Assembly: GCF_045037415.1 (NCBI RefSeq)
Contig: NZ_CP173438.1
Source of the DNA: Escherichia coli
GTDB lineage: Bacteria > Pseudomonadota > Gammaproteobacteria > Enterobacterales > Enterobacteriaceae
Reading direction: 5' to 3' (one strand)
DNA: 64,000 nucleotides
In this document: in pieces, positions 1 through 9,628 of the stretch
Layout: every line of letters starts with the position of its first letter
Numbering within the stretch: the first letter of the stretch is position 1
Program-made: the position numbers and the translations under genes
The notes under the pieces: model-generated
Databases searched by the model: none
What the model saw: the letters and a program-made list of their open reading frames with translations, nothing else
Told to the model about the DNA's origin: nothing

Positions 1-193
1 TACCGACACAAAACAGCAAAGGAAGGTTGGCGAAAATCAGGCCGCCGCAATTCGCCAGCAGCTCAATGTTAAATGAAATCCCGATGGCTAAAATCAAACC
101 CGCCGCCGGAAGAATGGCGATTGGTAACATCAGAGCAGAAGAAAATTTCTGCAACTTCTTGAAGTTAAACAAGGATGTTATTTTTTTGCTCAT
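1..193 (-). CDS. PTS glucose-family EIIC(B) permease, N-terminal 64 codons only (gene runs off the window start)
   Basis: Manual reverse-strand translation from ATG at 193-191 gives MSKKITSLFNFKKLQKFSSALMLPIAILPAAGLILAIGISF...GGLIFANLPLLFCVG, the pattern of glucose/NagE/MalX-type EIIC N-termini. GGAGA lies 7 nt upstream. Not in the ORF track because no stop falls in the window. Confidence 0.55.
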   Translation of the reverse strand, partial: MSKKITSLFNFKKLQKFSSALMLPIAILPAAGLILAIGISFNIELLANCGGLIFANLPLLFCVG

Positions 194-234
194 TTTTATT
201 CTCCTGTAGGGTATCGAGCAAATAACGGCGACGA

Positions 235-792
235 CTATTCCAGATTGGCGTGGCGCTTAAACAGTTCACTTTCCGGCGCACCACTTTCAGCAGCCATCTT
301 CATCACTAATGCATCGGCAATCACCAGCAAAGCTTGCTCATACAACGACGCCATCGGCTGTGCCGAGCGGAAAACAGAATCTTTTTGATTTTTGGAAGGG
401 GCATTGATTTGCACGATGACGTCGACAAACTCGGTGATAGTGGCGTGTCGATTCGTGGTTAACACCGCCACAGCGCCGCCGAGCTGACGTGCTTTTTTCG
501 CCAGCGCCACCAGTTGTGCTGTCTCACCGGAAGCAGAAGAAACGATAAACAGATCGCCAGGCCCAAAGTTCGGCGTAATGGTTTCCGTCAGGAAGTAAAC
601 CTCTTTTCCCATATGCATCAGGCGCATGGTGAAGGCTTTCATAGAAAAACCGGCGCGTCCCAGGCCATAGCAGAAAACGCGCTGGCTTTGCTGAATAGTG
701 TCGATCAATTTGGTGCAGTCATCCTCACGGATAGAGTCCTTAACGAAGGTTAATTCATTGATGATCTCAGTGATGTACAGCTTTGCGTCCAT
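235..792 (-). CDS. SIS-domain sugar-phosphate isomerase (HxlB/Phi-like, about 185 aa)
   Basis: ORF 235..804 on the track. I prefer the ATG at 792 because GAGGTG sits 5 nt upstream. Size and the SSASGET/LTTN-type motifs fit single-SIS isomerases. Lies 41 bp upstream of the PTS EIIC start, same strand. Confidence 0.6.
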   Translation of the reverse strand: MDAKLYITEIINELTFVKDSIREDDCTKLIDTIQQSQRVFCYGLGRAGFSMKAFTMRLMHMGKEVYFLTETITPNFGPGDLFIVSSASGETAQLVALAKKARQLGGAVAVLTTNRHATITEFVDVIVQINAPSKNQKDSVFRSAQPMASLYEQALLVIADALVMKMAAESGAPESELFKRHANLE

Positions 793-1087
793 TTCACACC
801 TCATGAAATAATTTTCTCAAACACAAAATCTCATGAAATTTTATTTCATTCCAATGCATCAGTATGAAATGTGAAGCTAGTCACAAGAAAGATCATAGGT
901 TGATATGTTTTTCATTAAAAAACATAGAGATATCAAGTAATTTTTAATATGTGATGGAGAGGCAGATAGAAAAAATGGCGGAAATGACGAAATTTATTTC
1001 ATGAGAAGGGAATAAAGAAGATTTTCTTAAACAGGGTATGAACTGATATCTGGAATGGTTTACGCAGTATGCTGGGAAGACGTCGCT

Positions 1088-1123
1088 GTAATGAGAAAAG
1101 ACCGGGTGGTATTACCACCCGGT
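1088..1123 (-). terminator. Rho-independent terminator downstream of metE
   Basis: Hairpin ACCGGGTGG-TATTA-CCACCCGGT at 1101-1123, followed on the minus strand by CTTTTCTCATT. Confidence 0.6.
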
Positions 1124-1130
1124 TTGGATT

Positions 1131-3392
1131 TTACCCCCGACGCAAATTCTGCGCCGCCTGCACCATGTTCGCCAGTGCCGCGCGGGTTTCTGGCCAGCCG
1201 CGCGTTTTCAGGCCACAGTCCGGGTTGACCCACAGACGCTCTGCCGGAATGCGTTTTGCCGCTTTCTTCAGCAAGGCTTCAATCCATTCCACGCTCGGTA
1301 CGTTTGGCGAGTGAATGTCATAGACGCCAGGACCGATTTCATTTGGATAATCAAACTCTTCAAACGACTCCAGCAACTCCATGTCGGAACGCGAGGTTTC
1401 GATGGTGATGACGTCTGCGTCCAACGCCGCAATCGAATCCATAATGTCGTTGAACTCGCAGTAACACATGTGAGTGTGGATTTGTGTGTCATCTTTCGCC
1501 ACGGCGGCGTTGATACGGAAAGCCTCCACGCCCCACTGGAGATAGGCATCCCAGTCGCTGCGACGCAGTGGTAAACCTTCGCGCAATGCCGGTTCGTCAA
1601 TCTGAATGATGCCAATTCCAGCGGCTTCCAGATCGGCCACTTCATCACGCAGTGCCAGCGCAATCTGTTTGGCGATGGTTTCACGGCTGACATCTTCACG
1701 CGGGAACGACCAGCAGAGAATAGTCACCGGGCCAGTCAACATCCCTTTCACCGGTTTATCAGTCAGGGATTGCGCATATTTTGCCCACTCCACGGTAATC
1801 GGTGCCGGGCGGCTAACGTCACCAATAACAATCGGTGGCTTCACGCAGCGGGAACCGTAGCTCTGTACCCAACCGTTTTGCGTAAAGACAAAGCCATCCA
1901 GATGCTCGCCAAAGTATTCCACCATGTCATTACGCTCGGCCTCGCCATGTACCAGCACATCCAGTCCCAAACGTTCCTGCTCAACAATGGCCTGCTTGAT
2001 ATGTTCCGCAATGCCCGTGCGGTAGTTATTGGCGTCGATATTACCCTTTTTAAAATCCAGACGCAGGGTACGAATCTCCGTGGTTTGCGGGAAGGAACCA
2101 ATCGTGGTGGTCGGCCACGCGGGCAGTTTAAAACGCGCACGCTGGGCTTCAGCACGCACTTCATAGACATTCGCACGCTGACTGTCCTGGGCGGTGATCG
2201 CCGCCAGACGCTTTTCTACTGCCGGATTATGTACACGAGTAGAGTGACGACGCGCCTGAATCGGAGCGCTCCACTCTGCCAGAGCTGCCGTATCACCACT
2301 GTTCAGCGCATCGCGCAGCAATGCCAGTTCATGACATTTTTGCAAGGCGAAGGCAAACCAGCTTTTCACTTCTGCATCAAGACGCGTTTCCACGCTCAGG
2401 TCGATGGGGCTGTGCAGCAGTGAGCAGGAAGATGCCACCCACAAATCACGTTTGCCGACAATGTCCTTAATTTGCGCATATTTCTCGGTAAGATCGGCGC
2501 GCCAGACGTTACGACCATTGATAAGACCCGCAGACAGCAGCCAGTCAGAAGGCAGGCGCTTGTGCAGTTCAGCAACGTCATCTTTACCATGTACAAGATC
2601 GACATGCAGACCCTGAACAGGCAGCGCAGTAATCGTGTCGAGGTTTGGCGTTACGCCTTCAAAATAGGTGGTCAGCAGCAGTTTCACCTGGCCCTGGAGC
2701 GCGTCGTAAGCGGGTTTGTATGCATCCAGCCACGCCTGCGGCAGTTCCAGCACTAGCGCGGGTTCGTCGATCTGTACCCACTCAATGCCGCGTTTCGCTA
2801 GTTCTGCCAGCACTTGCTGATAAACCGGCAGAATGTCGTTCAGCAGGCTCAGGCGATCAAACTGTTCACCTTTCACTTTACCCAGCCACAGGTAGGTAAC
2901 CGGCCCCAGCAGCACAGGTTTCACCTTGTGGCCCAGCGCCAGCGCCTCGTCCACTTCCTCCAGCAGCTGCGTCCAGGTCAGTTTGAACTGTTGGCCTTTA
3001 ACGAACTCCGGCACCATGTAGTGATAGTTGGTGTTAAACCATTTGGTCATTTCCGCTGCCGCCGCAGGTTCGCCAGTCGGTGCACGTCCACGACCAATAC
3101 GGAACAGGGTATCGATATCTACCGAACCATCGTTGTTCTGATGACGTTGCGGAACATTACCCAGCAGCAGACTGGTTGTCAGTACATGATCGTACCAGGC
3201 AAAATCGCCCACCGGCAGCAGGTCGATACCCGCTTGCTTTTGTTGATCCCAGTGACGAGCACGCAATTCACGCCCTACCGCCAGCAGTTCTTCACGCGTG
3301 GAGTTCCCCGCCCAATAACTCTCTTGCGCTTTTTTCAGCTCGCGACGCAGGCCAACGCGAGGGAAACCGAGGGTGTGATTAAGAATTGTCAT
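1131..3392 (-). CDS. metE: Cobalamin-independent methionine synthase
   Basis: 753-aa ORF; N-terminus [29 protein letters not shown] and overall length match E. coli MetE. Confidence 0.97.
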   Translation of the reverse strand: MTILNHTLGFPRVGLRRELKKAQESYWAGNSTREELLAVGRELRARHWDQQKQAGIDLLPVGDFAWYDHVLTTSLLLGNVPQRHQNNDGSVDIDTLFRIGRGRAPTGEPAAAAEMTKWFNTNYHYMVPEFVKGQQFKLTWTQLLEEVDEALALGHKVKPVLLGPVTYLWLGKVKGEQFDRLSLLNDILPVYQQVLAELAKRGIEWVQIDEPALVLELPQAWLDAYKPAYDALQGQVKLLLTTYFEGVTPNLDTITALPVQGLHVDLVHGKDDVAELHKRLPSDWLLSAGLINGRNVWRADLTEKYAQIKDIVGKRDLWVASSCSLLHSPIDLSVETRLDAEVKSWFAFALQKCHELALLRDALNSGDTAALAEWSAPIQARRHSTRVHNPAVEKRLAAITAQDSQRANVYEVRAEAQRARFKLPAWPTTTIGSFPQTTEIRTLRLDFKKGNIDANNYRTGIAEHIKQAIVEQERLGLDVLVHGEAERNDMVEYFGEHLDGFVFTQNGWVQSYGSRCVKPPIVIGDVSRPAPITVEWAKYAQSLTDKPVKGMLTGPVTILCWSFPREDVSRETIAKQIALALRDEVADLEAAGIGIIQIDEPALREGLPLRRSDWDAYLQWGVEAFRINAAVAKDDTQIHTHMCYCEFNDIMDSIAALDADVITIETSRSDMELLESFEEFDYPNEIGPGVYDIHSPNVPSVEWIEALLKKAAKRIPAERLWVNPDCGLKTRGWPETRAALANMVQAAQNLRRG

Positions 3393-3509
3393 TATATGCC
3401 CCTTATGGAATTTTTAGTATTTAGCCGTCCAGATGTTTACACATCCATAATTGGCGGTTACTGTATATTCCTCAAGCGCAAATTATTCATGCCGAAGTGA
3501 AGGACTTTC
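3393..3509. promoter_or_regulatory. Divergent metE/metR control region with MetJ/MetR sites expected
   Basis: 117-bp divergent intergenic region; contains AGATGTTTACACATCC, which resembles tandem met-box-like octamers. Site positions not mapped. Confidence 0.4.
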
Positions 3510-4463
3510 ATGATCGAAGTAAAACACCTGAAAACGCTACAAGCGTTGCGGAACTGCGGCTCACTCGCAGCCGCTGCGGCGACGTTGCATCAAACGCAAT
3601 CCGCCCTGTCTCACCAGTTTAGCGATCTGGAACAACGCCTTGGCTTCCGGCTATTTGTGCGTAAAAGCCAGCCGCTTCGCTTTACACCGCAGGGAGAAAT
3701 CCTGTTGCAACTGGCAAATCAGGTGCTGCCGCAAATTAGCCAGGCACTGCAAGCCTGCAATGAACCGCAGCAGACGCGCCTGCGCATTGCCATAGAGTGC
3801 CATAGCTGTATTCAGTGGCTGACGCCCGCATTAGAAAATTTCCATAAGAACTGGCCGCAGGTGGAGATGGATTTTAAATCGGGCGTAACGTTTGATCCGC
3901 AGCCTGCGTTGCAACAGGGCGAGCTGGATCTGGTGATGACGTCCGATATTCTGCCGCGCAGTGGCCTGCATTATTCGCCGATGTTCGACTATGAAGTACG
4001 TCTGGTGTTAGCACCTGACCATCCACTGGCGGCAAAAACGCGTATTACACCGGAAGATCTCGCCAGCGAAACGCTGTTGATTTATCCGGTGCAGCGTAGC
4101 CGACTGGATGTCTGGCGGCATTTTCTTCAGCCAGCAGGCGTCAGCCCGTCACTGAAAAGCGTCGATAACACCTTATTGTTGATTCAGATGGTTGCCGCAC
4201 GGATGGGTATTGCCGCACTACCTCATTGGGTGGTGGAGAGTTTTGAACGCCAGGGTCTGGTGGTCACCAAAACCCTGGGCGAAGGCTTGTGGAGCCGACT
4301 GTACGCCGCCGTGCGCGATGGCGAGCAGCGTCAGCCGATTACAGAAGCGTTTATTCGTTCAGCGCGCAATCACGCCTGCGATCATCTGCCGTTTGTGAAG
4401 AGCGCGGAGCGACCCACTTACGATGCACCCACAGTGAGGCCAGGATCACCAGCGCGCCTGTAA
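3510..4463 (+). CDS. metR: LysR-family regulator of methionine biosynthesis
   Basis: 317-aa ORF; N-terminal HTH ([41 protein letters not shown]); divergent from metE. Confidence 0.95.
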   Translation: MIEVKHLKTLQALRNCGSLAAAAATLHQTQSALSHQFSDLEQRLGFRLFVRKSQPLRFTPQGEILLQLANQVLPQISQALQACNEPQQTRLRIAIECHSCIQWLTPALENFHKNWPQVEMDFKSGVTFDPQPALQQGELDLVMTSDILPRSGLHYSPMFDYEVRLVLAPDHPLAAKTRITPEDLASETLLIYPVQRSRLDVWRHFLQPAGVSPSLKSVDNTLLLIQMVAARMGIAALPHWVVESFERQGLVVTKTLGEGLWSRLYAAVRDGEQRQPITEAFIRSARNHACDHLPFVKSAERPTYDAPTVRPGSPARL

Positions 4464-5250
4464 TAAACGTTGGCCAGTGCGGCTGTTGGTGCCAGATAGC
4501 CAGGTTTACCAGCAGCCCTGCCGGAACGTGCATATTATTCATAATGCCCAGCGTTCCGGCGTCCACCTGCGTCGCGCCGTAGTTCCACATAAAGTAGCCA
4601 ATCCCGGAAGCCACCACGCCAAGAAACACCAGAATGCCCCATTGCAACGTGGTTTGCGGCATTTTCTGCGCATTTCCCAGCAAGAACCATGCAATCACTG
4701 CCACCAGGAACGCGCCAAGATAGAACCACGCAAAGGCGTTATGCTGCGGCATCGGGCGAGTTTCCATCAGACGTTTGTAACCCACCATGCCGATGGCAAA
4801 AGTGATATTGGAGAGTTGCACCAGCAACAAGCCAGTCCAGAAATGGTCGGTGACCTGATCATAGCGAATAATCCCGGCACCAATCACCGCCAACAAGGCG
4901 CTAAAAGCATAGCCCCAGCGCAGACGGCGCTTACTCATGATGTCATAAATCAGCGTGATGTAGAGCGGCGTCAGTACGGTGAACAACAGCAGTTCAGAAA
5001 CCGTCAGGTAGAGATAGGCGCGGAAACTCAGCATATACATCACACCGAGCTGCATCGCGCCCACCAGCATATACAGGCCGACCGTTTTCAGGCTATTGCC
5101 ACGGGTACGCAGAAACGGCAGAAAAACAAGTGCCGCCAGACCAACGCGCACCAGCACCGCAAAATAGCTATCGACGTGCCCCGCAAGGTACTCGCCATAA
5201 AAGCTAAAGGAGAAGGCCCACAGAATCGTGGTGATGATAAGTAGCGCCAC
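4351..5250 (-). CDS. yigM: EamA/DMT-family inner membrane transporter (biotin transporter YigM/BioP)
   Basis: 299-aa polytopic membrane ORF; position between metR and yigL as in E. coli; 3' end overlaps the metR 3' end by 113 bp. Confidence 0.85.
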   Translation of the reverse strand: MALLIITTILWAFSFSFYGEYLAGHVDSYFAVLVRVGLAALVFLPFLRTRGNSLKTVGLYMLVGAMQLGVMYMLSFRAYLYLTVSELLLFTVLTPLYITLIYDIMSKRRLRWGYAFSALLAVIGAGIIRYDQVTDHFWTGLLLVQLSNITFAIGMVGYKRLMETRPMPQHNAFAWFYLGAFLVAVIAWFLLGNAQKMPQTTLQWGILVFLGVVASGIGYFMWNYGATQVDAGTLGIMNNMHVPAGLLVNLAIWHQQPHWPTFITGALVILASLWVHRKWVAPRSSQTADDRRRDCALNE

Positions 5251-5325
5251 AATGGAAAACTCTTTGATTAACGAGTATCCATTGTAGCGAAGTATCAGGT
5301 TGACAACTGACCAAATAAAGAACGA

Positions 5326-6126
5326 TTACGATAAATAGAGCTTACGCAGATAATGCGGCACTGCGTCTTCGGCGTTAGTACCAATCACTTCCAGCTCTGG
5401 ATGCAGATCTTTCAGCCGTTGATGCGCGCTGCCCATAATGCAGCCTTTCCCCGCCATCGACAGCATTTCGGCATCGTTCATTCCATCGCCAAAGGCAATA
5501 CAATCTTGCAGGCTGTAACCCAGTTTCTTCGCTACCGCTTCCAGGGCATGGCCTTTTGAAACGCCGCCAGCCATGACTTCCAGGCAGGTTAAGGTAGAGA
5601 AACTGACATTGACGCGATCGCCCCAGCGAGCGTTAATCGCTTGCTCCAGTGGCAGAAGTTTTTCATGGGAATCGCAGGTGAAGAACACTTTGCTGACGCC
5701 TTCCGGCTCCAGCAATCCCGGCTCATACAGCGCATAATTGAACACCGCTTCTTTGAAAAAGCGCATCTCTTCCGGGCGATGGCGATTCATAAACCATTCG
5801 TCGTCGCGATAAACGTTAGTAATGATGTCCGGATTGTCGTTGACTACGCCAAACAGATCGCTGGCAATGTCGCGATCCAGGTTATGAGCAAAAATCAGGT
5901 TGCCATCCAGATCGTGAACGCGCGCGCCATTGGAGGTAATCATGTAAGACTTAATCTCCAGATTATCGCGAATTTGCCCCACATCAACGTGGTGACGACC
6001 GGTCGCAAACACAAAGTTGATGCCGCGCGCGGTGAGCAGCTTCAGAGTTTCTTTGGCGTAAGGGGATAACGTATGGTCGGGAGAAAGTAACGTGCCATCT
6101 AAATCAGACGCAACAACCTGGTACAT
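5326..6126 (-). CDS. yigL: Cof-type HAD sugar phosphatase
   Basis: ORF 5326..6252; conserved start taken at MYQVVASDLDGTLL (HAD motif I DxDGT), giving 266 aa. Confidence 0.9.
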   Translation of the reverse strand: MYQVVASDLDGTLLSPDHTLSPYAKETLKLLTARGINFVFATGRHHVDVGQIRDNLEIKSYMITSNGARVHDLDGNLIFAHNLDRDIASDLFGVVNDNPDIITNVYRDDEWFMNRHRPEEMRFFKEAVFNYALYEPGLLEPEGVSKVFFTCDSHEKLLPLEQAINARWGDRVNVSFSTLTCLEVMAGGVSKGHALEAVAKKLGYSLQDCIAFGDGMNDAEMLSMAGKGCIMGSAHQRLKDLHPELEVIGTNAEDAVPHYLRKLYLS

Positions 6127-6133
6127 AAGAAAT

Positions 6134-7156
6134 TTAAACCTCTGTAGAGCGGTTTCCGCTGGGTGAGTTATGCCTGTTGAAAAAATCAACGATAGCGTGG
6201 AGCGCGACTGAGCGCATTGCGTCCTTTTCAAAAAGGATCTCATGGTACGCACCTTTAATTACCAACGGCCGTCCTCCTTCGACAGGATGGCCCGCAGCGG
6301 TGCGTAGTTCACAAAAACGGTCGTGCATGCGGTTATCCACCACGCGTTCCTCTTCAGCTTGTAAGAGAAGCGTTGGCGTGGCGTCATCACCCGCACCGGC
6401 TAACACCTGTTCGCCAGCCAGAATACTTTCGCGTACCCAATGGTAGGTCGGCCCACCGACGCGAATCGTTGGGTCATCAGCATAGAAACGTAAGTTACGT
6501 CGATATCGCTGTCTGCTGTGGGTCAGTACGTTGATAGCAAACGGCAACGCGCGCCAGCGCCCGGTGCCTATTGCATAGCCATCACGGAAACGTGGATGCG
6601 CTTCGGCCCAATTGAGGATCTGCCGTGCCATAAATGACGGCATACGAATCACGATCCCAAACATTGGCGCAGTTAGCGCAATGGCGTCACATACACCTGG
6701 ATGGCGTTGCAGAAATAATGTGGAGATCGCACCGCCCATCGAATGTGCCAGTATATAGCGTTTACGCCACGGACCGGGCTGAACCTCCTGTTGCCAGAAT
6801 GCCGCCAGATCATCAACATAATCATTAAAGCGATTAACATGCCCGAGATGTGGATCGGCTAACAGGCGACCGGAACGTCCCTGCCCGCGATGGTCGATGA
6901 TTAAAACATCAAACCCCGAATGGAACAGGTCGTAGGCCAGTTCCGCATATTTTACGTAGCTCTCAATACGCCCCGGGCAGATAACTACCACCCGGTCATG
7001 GTGCTGTGCGCGAAAACGGACAAAGCGAACCGGAATGTCATCCACACCAGTAAACTCTGCTTCATCACGCTGACGCCAGAAATCAGTCAGCGGTCCCATG
7101 GTAAAAGCAGCAAACGCGTTTTCTCTTGTTTCCCAGTCTTTTTGCTGCTGAAACAT
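6134..7156 (-). CDS. pldB: Lysophospholipase L2
   Basis: 340-aa ORF with alpha/beta-hydrolase GHSMGG motif; immediately upstream of yigL. Confidence 0.9.
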   Translation of the reverse strand: MFQQQKDWETRENAFAAFTMGPLTDFWRQRDEAEFTGVDDIPVRFVRFRAQHHDRVVVICPGRIESYVKYAELAYDLFHSGFDVLIIDHRGQGRSGRLLADPHLGHVNRFNDYVDDLAAFWQQEVQPGPWRKRYILAHSMGGAISTLFLQRHPGVCDAIALTAPMFGIVIRMPSFMARQILNWAEAHPRFRDGYAIGTGRWRALPFAINVLTHSRQRYRRNLRFYADDPTIRVGGPTYHWVRESILAGEQVLAGAGDDATPTLLLQAEEERVVDNRMHDRFCELRTAAGHPVEGGRPLVIKGAYHEILFEKDAMRSVALHAIVDFFNRHNSPSGNRSTEV

Positions 7157-7266
7157 CGGGTAATCTGCCTCTTAAACCACGTAAAATCGTTTTTTTAAGC
7201 GTGCCTGACACAACGCTGCGACAGTAGCGTATTGTGGCACAAAAATAGACACACCGGGAGTTCATC

Positions 7267-7887
7267 ATGACCTTAGAATGGTGGTTTGCCTACCTGCTGA
7301 CATCGATCATTTTAAGCCTGTCGCCAGGCTCTGGCGCAATCAACACCATGACCACCTCGCTCAACCACGGTTATCGCGGCGCGGTGGCGTCTATTGCTGG
7401 GCTTCAGACCGGACTGGCGATTCATATTGTGCTGGTTGGCGTGGGGTTGGGGACGCTATTTTCCCGCTCAGTGATTGCGTTTGAAGTGTTGAAGTGGGCA
7501 GGCGCAGCTTACTTGATTTGGCTTGGGATCCAGCAGTGGCGCGCCGCTGGCGCAATTGATCTTAAATCGCTGGCCTCTACTCAATCGCGTCGACATTTGT
7601 TCCAGCGCGCAGTTTTTGTCAATCTCACCAATCCCAAAAGTATTGTGTTTCTGGCGGCGCTATTTCCGCAATTCATCATGCCGCAACAGCCGCAGCTGAT
7701 GCAGTATATCGTGCTCGGCGTCACCACTATTGTGGTCGATATTATTGTGATGATCGGTTACGCCACCCTTGCTCAACGGATTGCTCTATGGATTAAAGGA
7801 CCAAAGCAGATGAAGGCGCTGAATAAGATTTTCGGCTCGTTATTTATGCTGGTGGGAGCGCTGTTAGCATCGGCGAGGCATGCTTAA
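7267..7887 (+). CDS. rhtB: LysE/RhtB-family homoserine/homoserine-lactone exporter
   Basis: 206-aa membrane ORF; N-terminus [27 protein letters not shown] typical of the RhtB family; next to pldB. Confidence 0.9.
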
Positions 7888-7917
7888 AACTGGAATAAAG
7901 CTCACGTAAATTAATGT

Positions 7918-7950
7918 GCCTCGAGAGATTGTTACATCCGCGCTCGAGGC
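7918..7950. other. Stem-loop (8-bp stem GCCTCGAG/CTCGAGGC, 17-nt loop) between rhtB and the Rpn-like gene
   Basis: Inverted repeat read directly from the sequence; function unknown. Confidence 0.35.
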
Positions 7951-8045
7951 ATCTCGTAATAAGCGTAATCTGTTAATTTATTTACTATTTACTTCTCTTT
8001 GTTAGTGCCAGAATGCCGCCATATTTCACCCACGGATGATGAAAA

Positions 8046-8906
8046 ATGACGGAAGCAACGACACCACATGACGCAATCTTTAAGGCTTTTTTATCCCGAC
8101 CAGAAACGGCCCGTGACTTTATTGAAATTCATCTGCCGCCTTCTTTAGTTAAACTCTGCAATCTTGATACGCTCCATCTCGAGTCCAGCAGTTTTGTAGA
8201 GGAAAACCTACGCCAGTATTACAACGACGTACTTTATTCAGTAGAGACGACGAAAGGGTGCGGATATATCTATGTGTTGATTGAGCATCAAAGTTCACCT
8301 GATGAAAATATGGCGTTCCGTATGCTTCGCTATGCTATTGCCACCATGCAGCGGCATCTTGAAGCGGGACATGATTATCTGCCTCTGGTGATCCCCATTC
8401 TTTTTTACCAGGGAAAGCGTAGCCCATATCCATGGTCAACAAACTGGCTCGATGGTTTTCCGGATCCGGACATTGCACGCGATCTCTATTTTCATGCTTT
8501 TCCGCTGGTTGATATTACGCTAATTCCTGATGACGAAATCATGCAACACCGCAGCATGGCCGCCTTTACGCTGGTACAGAAGCATATCCGTCAACGGGAT
8601 ATGACAACGCTGTTAGATAAGTTATCCCGCTTAATGATTCTGGGGCAGATGAGCGGACAGCAAATACGCATGTTGATAAACTACATGGCGCTGGTAGGTG
8701 AAGCACAGGATGTACGAACATTAGTACATGGTCTGGCACAACGAGTGCCTCAACAAGGAGAGGAACTGATGACTTTAGCGGAAGAACTTCGGCGCGATGC
8801 CCTTCTCAATGTCGCAAAAGCCATGCTACAGCGTGGCTTTGATTTGCAGTTGATTATGGAAATGACCGGGCTTTCTCAGGAAGACCTTTATCAATTGCAA
8901 TCCTGA
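8046..8906 (+). CDS. Rpn/YhgA-like PD-(D/E)XK recombination-promoting nuclease family protein
   Basis: 286-aa ORF; N-terminal pattern TPHDAIFKAFL..ETARDFIEIHLP...LHLESSSFVEE...YNDVLYSV...YVLIEHQSS is what I recognise from E. coli RpnA-E (Transposase_31 family). Recalled, not searched. Confidence 0.75.
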   Translation: MTEATTPHDAIFKAFLSRPETARDFIEIHLPPSLVKLCNLDTLHLESSSFVEENLRQYYNDVLYSVETTKGCGYIYVLIEHQSSPDENMAFRMLRYAIATMQRHLEAGHDYLPLVIPILFYQGKRSPYPWSTNWLDGFPDPDIARDLYFHAFPLVDITLIPDDEIMQHRSMAAFTLVQKHIRQRDMTTLLDKLSRLMILGQMSGQQIRMLINYMALVGEAQDVRTLVHGLAQRVPQQGEELMTLAEELRRDALLNVAKAMLQRGFDLQLIMEMTGLSQEDLYQLQS

Positions 8907-8913
8907 TGTTATT

Positions 8914-8936
8914 CCCCCTGATAGCGTATCAGGGGG
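8914..8936. other. G/C-rich stem-loop (CCCCCTGATA-GCG-TATCAGGGGG) at the convergent junction of the Rpn-like gene and rhtC
   Basis: Perfect 10-bp inverted repeat; no flanking T-run on either strand, so terminator function is uncertain. Confidence 0.4.
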
Positions 8937-8943
8937 GAAGCGC

Positions 8944-9564
8944 TTAACGCGAAATAATCAAATGAATGCCAAATCCGGCAAATAACGCCCCGGCAAAACC
9001 ATCAATCCACTTCGCCAGACGTTGATAACCACAGCGCATTTGCGGCAGAGCAAACAGGCTGGCAACGACGGTAAACCACGCCAGTGTTTCGACAATAATC
9101 AACGCGAAAATGCCCCAGCGTTCGGTGGTGCCGACATTATCACCGACAAACAGCGAGAACACCGAACCAAAGTAGATAATCGCTTTAGGATTCGCGAGAT
9201 TGGTCAGTAAGCCCTTAAGAAAACTGCGCCCGCTTTTCGCCAGTTCGACTTGTGGCGCAGGGGCAGAAACAACCTCTTTTTTCAGTGCACCACGTAGCAT
9301 CTGGTAACCCATCCAGCAGAGATACAGGCCACCGCCCACCATAATCAGCGTATGCAGCCAGGCCATTTTTTCGATAATCAAATGTAGGCCAAGCAACGCA
9401 ATCCCAGCCCAAACCATTACGCCGCAGGTAATGCCCAGCACGCCCATCATCGCTTCTTTACGGGAACGACTAACAGCGGTCTGAGATACAAAAAAGAAAT
9501 CGGGACCGGGGCTCATAAGCGCCACAATGTGCACCATGGCGACGGTGAGGAATAACATCAACAT
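8944..9564 (-). CDS. rhtC: LysE/RhtB-family threonine exporter
   Basis: 206-aa membrane ORF, paralogous to rhtB; adjacent to recQ as in E. coli. Confidence 0.9.
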   Translation of the reverse strand: MLMLFLTVAMVHIVALMSPGPDFFFVSQTAVSRSRKEAMMGVLGITCGVMVWAGIALLGLHLIIEKMAWLHTLIMVGGGLYLCWMGYQMLRGALKKEVVSAPAPQVELAKSGRSFLKGLLTNLANPKAIIYFGSVFSLFVGDNVGTTERWGIFALIIVETLAWFTVVASLFALPQMRCGYQRLAKWIDGFAGALFAGFGIHLIISR

Positions 9565-9628
9565 ACATTAGACTCGCGGGGGGAAACGTTTACGGAGTCT
9601 TCATCCTGGCACTTTTTTATGCTGCTGA

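Noticed and set aside
27-209. 60-aa plus-strand ORF at the window start
   Set aside because: Lies antisense to the PTS EIIC N-terminus, whose translation has the canonical EIIC motif and a GGAGA RBS; no RBS or recognisable features for the plus-strand ORF.
1268-2423. Several antisense or alternative-frame ORFs (143, 87, 84, 217 aa) inside metE
   Set aside because: Fully contained in the well-supported 753-aa metE frame; typical shadow ORFs in GC-rich coding DNA.
4477-5244. 255-aa plus-strand ORF opposite yigM
   Set aside because: Antisense shadow of the yigM membrane-protein frame; its translation is Arg/His/Gln-rich low-complexity sequence with no domain features.
7873-7953. 8-bp direct repeat CGAGGCAT at 7874-7881 and 7945-7952 as a possible target-site duplication for the Rpn-like insertion
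   Set aside because: Both copies are on the same (rhtB) side of the insert rather than flanking it, and an 8-mer match is not significant; insertion boundaries cannot be defined without a comparison genome.
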